Below, piece after piece: positions 19,101 to 26,031 of a DNA stretch of 64,000 nt. Under the pieces are notes generated by a model. It made no database searches. It worked only from the letters and a program-made list of their open reading frames with translations, and was not told the origin of the DNA. Each line of letters starts with the position of its first letter. Within the stretch, counting starts at the first letter, position 1. This DNA is from Christensenella sp. UBA7862 (GTDB taxonomy: Bacteria > Bacillota > Clostridia > Christensenellales > UBA1242): contig DLSM01000010.1 in NCBI GenBank assembly GCA_002500135.1, positions 69,063 to 133,062 of the forward strand. Reading direction: 5' to 3'. The position numbers were made by a program, and so were the translations under genes.

Positions 19101-19335
19101 CTGGTACAGAAACTGTCCAGTTGTTGCCGTCAACAGACGCAGGGAAGTTTTCGCCCCTATCTGTCTTAGTCTTAAAATCTCCATTTTTAATGATGTCGGT
19201 TTTTACAGATTGATAGTATGCTGCTTGCACGCTTGGATGAGAGTATCTGAGCATTGGCACGCCAGACAGCACACATGTTGCAGAAAGTGCAAGTGCTACA
19301 AGTGCTTTTTTAGTTTTTCCGAGATTGTGTTTCAT
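16117..19335 (-). CDS. giant surface protein (1072 aa) with signal peptide, CBM4_9/galactose-binding-like repeats, TM helix and about 150-aa cytoplasmic basic coiled-coil tail
   Basis: ATG at 19335 (GAAGG RBS). MKHNLGKTKKALVALALSATCVLSG looks like a signal peptide. Repeated N(G/S)DFE...W modules occur (IKNGDFK, KNSDFEQDLDFWTVEGG, IKNGQFNF). TM segment is VNIWIIASSLLLVVALGFAIAGYLL, followed by a Lys/Glu-rich heptad-like tail. Confidence 0.75.
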   Translation of the reverse strand: MKHNLGKTKKALVALALSATCVLSGVPMLRYSHPSVQAAYYQSVKTDIIKNGDFKTKTDRGENFPASVDGNNWTVSVPEDVSCGVIDTSSSNSYGLTNKPKPSTNISDPDNYILMFRGASNATGQTSGYVTSDSATLEADKFYEISVYAMTQGNGSGTIYSPELDMSLNVTTSEWSKYTLYVQTDSFEAKSFTLQLKFKKGNDAGAVFYDHIVVSEVAEADYLDAANAGTSAKKSFQRTALTSFKNSDFEQDLDFWTVEGGNGLSDIYVNTKDYINSQINSIFETTGNNADVFDGNASTSKSLFFVNSAAVAEAKTISSVTDDKDNAKDNTLTIYQHGLYRLSFVLKTGGETSGLTATLTPTNEKLASKAISQSTLKGSSSTDARNGFSVVSFYIKGSSESDEKVSLKLSLGTEKGWAVVDNIVLEAVTSSELSSKTSSSNTLDLSSMADTSNIKNGQFNFATIDSLSNSYTIGTDGSIVMNYPLVPTSWTVSKSTSETLSSGIVRIGHFLADGSRNPQDRYSTITNPGANYAFYKDFYNLNKGDYAEDTENVLMVRSSTAEDVSYTSSAVTVSSNSNSSQSKVTFFVGVSTYKNAKAYVKFVDSNNKTIAIFDNINTNGDWKQLYFYLTNGISSTDVKMVVGVHGSSSEAQSAFFDCAGYLASEKVVANSTSLSVNLYENKFDTARMDGNKRSQDALGFDITEISNKNECSAKIYNKLDDPDLPTRKSSTSVLTLHNTFENSYQTLATSYTYSLKKGSYYKFCAWIRTDELSSEGAGRMEVVTLDSDGNIVVDEENTNVFKKIVTPEVEEDDEENGYKLYTIYILAEADQNVKLLFSLGTSDEPATGKMYIDSYTVTDVDSSEYVGKTSDDYTIVSKVVEKTDDTTTDDTTTEHSHSSDVNIWIIASSLLLVVALGFAIAGYLLRRVPKKQKHEKTKKAEYKKSPKAINEKQIKAELKSKRENSLEGLNAQLASLQEEYDSIKAEYDSKSTGDEAVDGKLYSEYAKKLNKVKDRMEYLQSAVTYLQSNQNIKSSERSEIKSKKKQVEKEFNALKNPKETKTEDKPQGKKKR

Positions 19336-19510
19336 AAATGACCTTCTTATACAATATTGTTGAACCAAAATAGGCTCATTTTTTTGTTTTTTGAGTTAAT
19401 TTGAAACTCATAACTCTTGCATTATATAATAACTGGGCAAAAAATGCAATCAATTTTTGTTATTTATTACTATATAAAATATTTTTCTAGTAAATTAACA
19501 TAATAGAATT

Positions 19511-19873
19511 ATGGACAAAAAGAAAAAAACTATAATTTTTTTTGTGTTTGCAGGGCTGGTTGGCATAATAAATGGACTTTTTGGGGGTGGAGGAGGTATG
19601 TTATGTGTACCAATTTTCAAAAGCCTACTCAAACTAGAGGACAAATCTTCTCACGCAACGGCAGTTATGGTGATGTCTATTGTGAGTATTCCAACACTTA
19701 TCATCTATCTATTTTCCTTGCCGTTTAAGGCAGATGTTGGGATTTTTGTCACAATAGGCTCACTTGTTGGTGGGCTTGTAGGAAGTTTCATTCTCAAGAA
19801 AATTAACAACAGACTTCTGAACTTTCTCTTCGTCCTTGTGCTTATTGCTTCGGGGCTAAAGATGTTCTTTTAA
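19511..19873 (+). CDS. TauE/SafE (DUF81) anion exporter, half-size subunit A (4 TM)
   Basis: 120 aa. GLFGGGGGMLCVPIF matches the G-x-GGG-x4-P signature of TauE repeat units. Confidence 0.7.
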   Translation: MDKKKKTIIFFVFAGLVGIINGLFGGGGGMLCVPIFKSLLKLEDKSSHATAVMVMSIVSIPTLIIYLFSLPFKADVGIFVTIGSLVGGLVGSFILKKINNRLLNFLFVLVLIASGLKMFF

Positions 19874-19918
19874 GATGTTTTGCAAAAAGTAAAATTTTTA
19901 AACTAGAAAGGTGAAAAA

Positions 19919-20287
19919 ATGTGGATTGTGTTTGTAATTTTAGGGCTTGTGACGGGGCTTATGGGCGCGCTTGGACTTGGTGGCGGAACAGTGCTTATTC
20001 CGCTATTATCTCTTATTGGTGTTGGGCAAAAAGAGGCTCAACTTATAAATGTTTTTTCCTTTGTCGTCATGGCGTTTATTGTCCTCATTTTCAACATAAG
20101 AAACGGGCTTGTGGACGTCTTCCCAGCGGTTATATTTTCGTGCGTTGCAGTGCCGTTTGCAGTCATTATCGCCTTGTGCGTTAGGGGAATTGATGAACAC
20201 GTTTTAAAGATAACTTTCGGGGCTTTTTTGCTTATTATGGGAGCGGTGGAACTGGTGTGTTATCTTAAAAAATATCACTCAAAATAG
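19919..20287 (+). CDS. TauE/SafE (DUF81) anion exporter, half-size subunit B (4 TM)
   Basis: 122 aa. GALGLGGGTVLIPLL signature. Has its own RBS (AAAGGTG) 45 nt after the subunit A stop. Confidence 0.7.
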   Translation: MWIVFVILGLVTGLMGALGLGGGTVLIPLLSLIGVGQKEAQLINVFSFVVMAFIVLIFNIRNGLVDVFPAVIFSCVAVPFAVIIALCVRGIDEHVLKITFGAFLLIMGAVELVCYLKKYHSK

Positions 20288-20310
20288 GCCTAGATATTTT
20301 AAAATAAATG

Positions 20311-20343
20311 TTGTCAAGGAAAATTTTTCTTGACAATTTTTAT
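20311..20343 (+). terminator. intrinsic terminator
   Basis: TTGTCAAG...CTTGACAA hairpin followed by a T-run. Confidence 0.6.
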
Positions 20344-20521
20344 TTGTGTGATATTTTGTAGTGGAAGGCAAAACTTGGTTGATTTTGCTTAAAATAGTTG
20401 CCTTCGACCAAAATTTAAAGATTTTTCAATATTTATTGCTAGAAATTGCTTGCTTTGACGCAAAATTTCTTTACAACTTTCAAAACTTCGTGTAAAATAC
20501 AATGTGATAAGGAGTAGAAAA

Positions 20522-20689
20522 ATGGTTGACAAAGAAAAATGTATCGGCTGCGGCGCTTGCGAAGGTGTTTGCCCAGTTGGAGCAATAAAAATGATTGACG
20601 GCAAGTCGCATATTGATGACGAAATTTGCATCGGCTGTCACACTTGCGAAGGCATATGCCCAGTGGAAGCAATCAAGATTGAAAAATAA
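20522..20689 (+). CDS. 2x[4Fe-4S] ferredoxin
   Basis: 55 aa. Two CxxCxxCxxxCP motifs (CIGCGACEGVCP, CIGCHTCEGICP). ATG at 20522 after AAGGAG. Confidence 0.9.
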   Translation: MVDKEKCIGCGACEGVCPVGAIKMIDGKSHIDDEICIGCHTCEGICPVEAIKIEK

Positions 20690-20716
20690 GCAGTTTTCTG
20701 CAAAGGAGTTTTTGTT

Positions 20717-22228
20717 TTGGAAAAATTAGCAGTTATTCATTTGGGAAGCACAAAAATAAATCTTACATTGTCATATCTCAATCAAGAAGGCAATTATGTT
20801 GTGTTTCAAGATATGAGCGAACCTGTCAAAATTGTTGACGACTTTGACGGGGAAGGACTTTTGAGAATGGCACGAAGCAGCGAGGCTTTGGTCGTTCTTA
20901 AAATGTTTAGAATGATGTGTGAAGTGAACAAGGTTACAAATATTTATGCCGTTGGCTCTCACTCTCTAAAAACACTTAAAAACTATCGCAGTTTTTTGGA
21001 TGAAATATACAATATAACAGGCTTCAAGTTTAGAATTCTTGAAGAAGAAGAGGAACTTTCAAACCTTTATTGTGGGGTTATAAACACCCTTGACATTCCA
21101 AAAGGCGTTATTGTAAATGTAAGTGGCGGCTCAACCCGAATTGTGCAATATAACAGAAGAAATATCGTAAATCAAGTGGTCATTCCATTTGGCTCTTATG
21201 AGGTGGCAAAAAGTTTGGAAGGGGCTACAAGTGTTGCTGAAGGTTGTGACCTTATGGTCAAGAAATTTGCCGACAGCGTAAGAGAAATTGATTGGCTTAG
21301 AGATATTGACCCAGAATTTAGTTTTGTTGGCGTGGGCAATGCCTTTTTAAACGCTGGCAAACTCTCTCGCAAACTCAGAAAATATCCAGTTGACATCGCG
21401 CACAACTATTCAATGACAAACGCTCAATTTGACGATATTTTCAAACTAATAAAAACACTTGACATTGACAAAACAAAGAAAGTTAAGGGTATATCTTCCG
21501 AACGTGCAGACGTTTTTGCTGCGGGAATTTGCATGACAAAAGCAATTTTTGACGTGTGCAAATTTGAGCAGGTTACAGTGTCCGAACGTGGCATGAACAT
21601 GGGTTTTTTGCTTGGAAACGTTATGCCAGGGATAATTGAAAAGCCTCTAAGTGACCTTTTGGGATACAGCCTTGAAAATATCCGCACATTCCATGACGGA
21701 GAATTCAGCAATTCAAAGCAAGTCAACGACTTGTCACTCATTTTGTTCAGACAACTCAAAGTCCTCCACAAATTGCCAAGGGGATATATCAAAATTCTAA
21801 GAATTGCCTCGGCTATGCACGATTGCGGGCAAAGAATAAAATTCTATGAACACGAGAAAAATAGTTTTCATATCATTCTCAACTCAGAATTGTTTGGCGT
21901 GACACATAGAGAAATTGTAATGGCATCATTTGTGAGTGCGTGTCAAAATTTGAGTGATTTTGACCTTGCAGAATGGATTAAATATAAAGATATCCTAACA
22001 GACGAAGATTTGGACGCTATGCGAAAACTTGCACTTATTGTTCGCCTTGCAGAAGCACTTGACAAGAGCCACAGAAATGTTGTTCAAGACGTCAGTTGCG
22101 ACATTTTGGGCGACAGTGTTATTATGAAAACAATCGTCACTATGGACGCATCAATAGAAATAAGGGAAACTGCAAAAGTTGGGCAGGATTTCAGAAAAGT
22201 TTATAAAAAGACCCTTGAAGTTTTGTAA
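20717..22228 (+). CDS. Ppx/GppA-family exopolyphosphatase / pppGpp phosphohydrolase with C-terminal HD domain
   Basis: TTG start 8 nt after AGGAG. The N-terminus has an ASKHA fold (AVIHLGSTKINL, VSGGSTRI). HD-like region: IASAMHDCGQRI. Confidence 0.75.
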   Translation: MEKLAVIHLGSTKINLTLSYLNQEGNYVVFQDMSEPVKIVDDFDGEGLLRMARSSEALVVLKMFRMMCEVNKVTNIYAVGSHSLKTLKNYRSFLDEIYNITGFKFRILEEEEELSNLYCGVINTLDIPKGVIVNVSGGSTRIVQYNRRNIVNQVVIPFGSYEVAKSLEGATSVAEGCDLMVKKFADSVREIDWLRDIDPEFSFVGVGNAFLNAGKLSRKLRKYPVDIAHNYSMTNAQFDDIFKLIKTLDIDKTKKVKGISSERADVFAAGICMTKAIFDVCKFEQVTVSERGMNMGFLLGNVMPGIIEKPLSDLLGYSLENIRTFHDGEFSNSKQVNDLSLILFRQLKVLHKLPRGYIKILRIASAMHDCGQRIKFYEHEKNSFHIILNSELFGVTHREIVMASFVSACQNLSDFDLAEWIKYKDILTDEDLDAMRKLALIVRLAEALDKSHRNVVQDVSCDILGDSVIMKTIVTMDASIEIRETAKVGQDFRKVYKKTLEVL

Positions 22229-22243
22229 AATAGAGAGGTTTTT

Positions 22244-23254
22244 ATGTTAAGTTATGAATTGTGTATTGACATGGGAAGTTCATACACAACAATTTATAAG
22301 AAAAACAGCGGAATTGTTTTGCGTGAGCCAACTTTGGCAATTCTTCAAACTTCTGGCAAAAATATGAAAGTTGTTAAAATGGGACTTGAAGCACAAAGGC
22401 TTTATGGCAAGACTTCTGACGATGAAGTTTTTGTTAGACCTATTGTTGACGGCATTGTCAAAAATGTGTCACTTTCGCAAAAGATTTTGGAATATTTCCT
22501 AGGAAAAATTGTTAAATATCGCTTTGTTAAGCCTGCGATAAAAGTTATTGCTTGCCTTCCAGTTGGACTTAAAAAAGAAGAATATGACGACATAAAGAAA
22601 ATGTATTTTGCCGTTGGCTTTGCCAAAATTGACTTTGTTTATGGCAGTGTGTGTGCCAGTTTTGCCGGCAGCCCATATCTTGCTCAAAACAGAGCAAATC
22701 TCATTGTTGACATCGGCGGCGGAAGGACAGAAATTGCGTGCATTACAAATGGGAAGATAATCTCCGCTTGCAGTGTAAATGTTGGTGGAAATTATGTGGA
22801 TAGGCTTATTGTTTCTGAACTTCAACACAACAAAAATTTTATAATAAATCAAAATTTGGCGGGCAAAATTAAGTGCGAAATTGGCTCGCTTTATGAAACA
22901 GACACAAGCAGCATTGAGGTTGTTGTGCAAGAAGCGTCTGCCAATTCTCAAATAACAACAATTGTGCATGCTAGGGATATAACAAAGCCAATTTGCGAAG
23001 CATATTTCAAAATAGCACAACTCATTCAAGCATTCCTTGGAGATTGTTCGCCAGAAGTGGTGGAAGATATTAGAAAGTCTGGCATTGTTGTGTGTGGTGG
23101 TGGAGCAAAAATAACGGGGCTAGAAACATTCTTTAAAAAGATTTTGGGCTTAAGCGTGTTTGTGCTTGACAACCCAGAAGTTGCAACTGTTTTGGGCAGT
23201 GAAAAGTTGCTAAGCGACTATAACATGCTTCAAAAGGTTAAGGAAGAAAACTAA
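22244..23254 (+). CDS. divergent MreB/Mbl-like actin-fold protein
   Basis: Collinear with MreB: CIDMGSSYTTIY (phosphate 1), IRPIVDGIV-like VRPIVDGIVKN, LIVDIGGGRTEIA (phosphate 2), GIVVCGGGAKITGLE (adenosine motif). Confidence 0.7.
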   Translation: MLSYELCIDMGSSYTTIYKKNSGIVLREPTLAILQTSGKNMKVVKMGLEAQRLYGKTSDDEVFVRPIVDGIVKNVSLSQKILEYFLGKIVKYRFVKPAIKVIACLPVGLKKEEYDDIKKMYFAVGFAKIDFVYGSVCASFAGSPYLAQNRANLIVDIGGGRTEIACITNGKIISACSVNVGGNYVDRLIVSELQHNKNFIINQNLAGKIKCEIGSLYETDTSSIEVVVQEASANSQITTIVHARDITKPICEAYFKIAQLIQAFLGDCSPEVVEDIRKSGIVVCGGGAKITGLETFFKKILGLSVFVLDNPEVATVLGSEKLLSDYNMLQKVKEEN

Positions 23255-23344
23255 AATTTTGTTTTTTTGTCGAAAATAAAAAGTAAGACCAAATGCGGTT
23301 TTACTTTTTTTCTTTTGTTGCTAAAATTTCATTAGGAGAAGAAA

Positions 23345-24142
23345 ATGGCAAGAAAAATTGTTCTTACAAGTGGAAAGGGCGGCGTTGGCAAAACAACCAT
23401 TTGTGCCAACCTTGGCGTAGCACTTGCAAAACTTGGAAAGCGTGTGTGCCTTGTGGATGTGGATATTGGGCTTAACAATCTTGACGTTGTAACTGGGGTG
23501 GAAAATAAAATTGTGTTTGACATTGTTGACGTCATTCAAAACAGATGTCGCATAAAACAAGCTTTGGTGCAAGACCTAAATCAGCCAAATTTATTTATCA
23601 TGCCGTCTGCCCATTCCTACAACAAATCACAAGTCACTGCCGAGAATGTAAGGAAAGTTATCGAAGGACTTAATGACTATTTTGACTTTGTGCTTATTGA
23701 TTGCCCAGCGGGCATTGATGAACCCTTTAAACGTGCAGTGTGTGGGGCAGATGAGGCGATAGTTGTTGTGACGCCACACCTGTCAAGTCTGAGAGATGCC
23801 GACAAAGTCCTTCTTATGCTAGGGAATTTTAACATTAAAGACTATTCCATTGTTATAAATCGTGTAAGAGGCGATATGATTTTGGATAAAGAAATGCTTG
23901 ATTGCAAAAAAATTTCTGAAATCTTAGACGCCAGACTATCTGGAATAATTCCCGAGGACGATGCAATAACAACTTTTCTTTCTGTGGGCAGAACAGTCAA
24001 CAGGGCATGCAATTCTTACGAAGCATTTTCGCTTCTTGCCAAAAACATATTGGGCGAAACAACGAAGGTCTTTGATTGCACGGAAAAATATAAAGGCTTT
24101 ACTGGCTTTTTCAAACGAATGATACTCAAAAAAGTTAAATAA
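23345..24142 (+). CDS. minD: septum site-determining ATPase MinD
   Basis: Deviant Walker A SGKGGVGKTT. Collinear with MinD throughout, with a C-terminal amphipathic helix (GFFKRMILKK). Confidence 0.93.
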   Translation: MARKIVLTSGKGGVGKTTICANLGVALAKLGKRVCLVDVDIGLNNLDVVTGVENKIVFDIVDVIQNRCRIKQALVQDLNQPNLFIMPSAHSYNKSQVTAENVRKVIEGLNDYFDFVLIDCPAGIDEPFKRAVCGADEAIVVVTPHLSSLRDADKVLLMLGNFNIKDYSIVINRVRGDMILDKEMLDCKKISEILDARLSGIIPEDDAITTFLSVGRTVNRACNSYEAFSLLAKNILGETTKVFDCTEKYKGFTGFFKRMILKKVK

Positions 24143-24152
24143 AAGGTGAAAT

Positions 24153-24389
24153 ATGAAAATTGCACAAAAATCACTTTTGAGAATAGAAAAAATGTTGAAA
24201 TATGATAAAGAGCGAGTGTCGCAGCCGCTCTTAAATCTTTTAAAAAGTGACATCTTTTCTGTTTTTGATAGCTACTTTGAAATGAGCCTAGAAGATATTT
24301 CTATAAGTTATTTTGTGGGCGAGGACGGCAAATATCACTTCAACCTTGACGTTGGAGCAAGACGAATGAAACGTCCCACATATTTTTAA
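24153..24389 (+). CDS. minE: cell division topological specificity factor MinE
   Basis: 78 aa, immediately after minD. KERVSQPLLNLLKSDIFSVFDSYFEM resembles the MinE core. Confidence 0.75.
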   Translation: MKIAQKSLLRIEKMLKYDKERVSQPLLNLLKSDIFSVFDSYFEMSLEDISISYFVGEDGKYHFNLDVGARRMKRPTYF

Positions 24390-24471
24390 ACTATCATTTT
24401 TTTATGCAAAAATGGGCATTTTTTAAGCATTTTTTTACATATTTTTGGGACTTTTGGCATAAAAATTTTGT

Positions 24472-25080
24472 ATGAAAAAGATTGTAATAAAAACAGTTTC
24501 AACAAAAAAAATACTTAAAAATACATGGGGGTTTTTCAAAAAATATCTTACATTGTTTATCATTGCTCTCATTTTTCTTGCACTTGTTGTGTGCGACAGA
24601 GCGGGGAGCAGTGCGGGTGGAATGATTATGGATAATTTAAAGTCCATAGCCACCAGTTTTACGCCAACAACCGACCTTTTTGATGACGGAAGTGAAGTGT
24701 CTTTTGTGTCTTATTTTTTTGGCATGACTAGACCTCAAAAAGATGAAGTTATTAAGTTTACACTGCCTACAATGCAACAAAACACTTCTTCGTCAGACGA
24801 TTTTTTGTGTTATGATTTTGACGGAGTTTTGTCAAGCGTTGCAAATGGCACAGTGAGTGCAGTGGGCTGGACTTTGGACAATCAAAAATACATTGAAATT
24901 GACCACGCAAAAGGATACAAGTCAAGATATGTAGGTGTGTTTTCGCTTGGTGTTTCAACGGGGGATAAAGTGGCGGGCGGAAGCCTAATTGCTTCAACAA
25001 CATCGGGGCAGAAGTGCAAAGTTTATGTCTTTCAAAACAACAATATGCTAAAAATAAGTGAAGTGGAATGGGCAAAATAA
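24472..25080 (+). CDS. SpoIVFA-like membrane protein with degenerate LytM/M23 domain
   Basis: N-terminal TM (LTLFIIALIFLALVV). The C-terminal M23-like region ANGTVSAVGW...IEIDHAKGYKSRYVGV lacks the HxxxD and HxH catalytic histidines. Overlaps the downstream M50 protease gene, as in the B. subtilis spoIVFA-spoIVFB pair. Confidence 0.6.
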   Translation: MKKIVIKTVSTKKILKNTWGFFKKYLTLFIIALIFLALVVCDRAGSSAGGMIMDNLKSIATSFTPTTDLFDDGSEVSFVSYFFGMTRPQKDEVIKFTLPTMQQNTSSSDDFLCYDFDGVLSSVANGTVSAVGWTLDNQKYIEIDHAKGYKSRYVGVFSLGVSTGDKVAGGSLIASTTSGQKCKVYVFQNNNMLKISEVEWAK

Positions 25081-25913
25081 AGTTTAAAATCCACCCGTTA
25101 TTTCTTGTGTTTGCAGCGACACTTGTCTATTTTGGGCAAGGAGTTCTGTTTGTGAATTATCTTGTTGTTATGATTTTTCACGAATATGCCCATGCATATG
25201 CTGCAAGAAAATTGGGATACAATCTTCAGAATATAAAACTTATTCCATTTGGCATTTGCCTAAATCTAAATTCCACAACTCTTGACCCAGTTGACGAGAT
25301 AAAAATTGCAATCGCAGGTCCTTTGTGCAACTTCATTTTGGGGGCGGGAATGATTGCAATTTGGTGGCTTTTTCCAGCGACATACAATGTTACAAACTTG
25401 TTTTGTTATGCAAATTTTGTGACGGCAATATTTAATCTTTTACCTGCATTTCCACTTGACGGGGGAAGGGTGCTTCATGCGTGTTCAAGCAAAATATTTG
25501 GACGGGACAAGGCTTCAAAGATTTGCAAAATTTCAAGTGCCATTTTGTGTGTTATGTTATTTTTGCTGTTCATTTTCAGTTTTTACATTTCTCATGGCAA
25601 TTTCACCTATTTGTTTGTAATATTTTGCCTTCTCACTGGCTTTTCACAAAAAGACGAAAAGTTATCTTACAGTTTTTTCAACCTTTCAAAAGTCAAAAAG
25701 GATAAAAACGTCTTGAAGGTCAAAACCCTTTATGTGCGAGATGATGTGAAACTATTTAAACTTTGCAAGTACATTGATTCGGCAAGTTTTCTCAACCTTT
25801 ATGTCTGTGACAAAAATGGAGATTTTGTGGACAATATCAACGAAAAGGACCTAGGAACACTTTTGGAAAATAACAATTCTACAACAACTCTTCATGACGC
25901 AATTTGGGGATAA
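25068..25913 (+). CDS. spoIVFB: M50 site-2 metalloprotease, SpoIVFB-like
   Basis: HEYAHAYAARKLG (HExxH in a TM helix) and NLLPAFPLDGGRVL (NxxPxxxLDG). Polytopic, with a C-terminal soluble domain. Synteny after minD matches Bacillus. Confidence 0.8.
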   Translation: MGKIKFKIHPLFLVFAATLVYFGQGVLFVNYLVVMIFHEYAHAYAARKLGYNLQNIKLIPFGICLNLNSTTLDPVDEIKIAIAGPLCNFILGAGMIAIWWLFPATYNVTNLFCYANFVTAIFNLLPAFPLDGGRVLHACSSKIFGRDKASKICKISSAILCVMLFLLFIFSFYISHGNFTYLFVIFCLLTGFSQKDEKLSYSFFNLSKVKKDKNVLKVKTLYVRDDVKLFKLCKYIDSASFLNLYVCDKNGDFVDNINEKDLGTLLENNNSTTTLHDAIWG

Positions 25914-26031
25914 AATTTAACTAAAGCCACTTTTTAGTGCAAAAAATGCCAAATTTTATGAACAAAGCGTGCAAATTCGCTTAACATATTTCTCAAAATA
26001 TTTTAAAATATCTCTGTAAGGGGATAAAAAA

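Noticed and set aside
20364-20406. GAAGGCAA...TTGCCTTC inverted repeat upstream of the ferredoxin gene, considered as a possible riboswitch or attenuator
   Set aside because: A single 8-bp stem with a 27-nt loop, no T-run, and no resemblance to a riboswitch class I can recognise.
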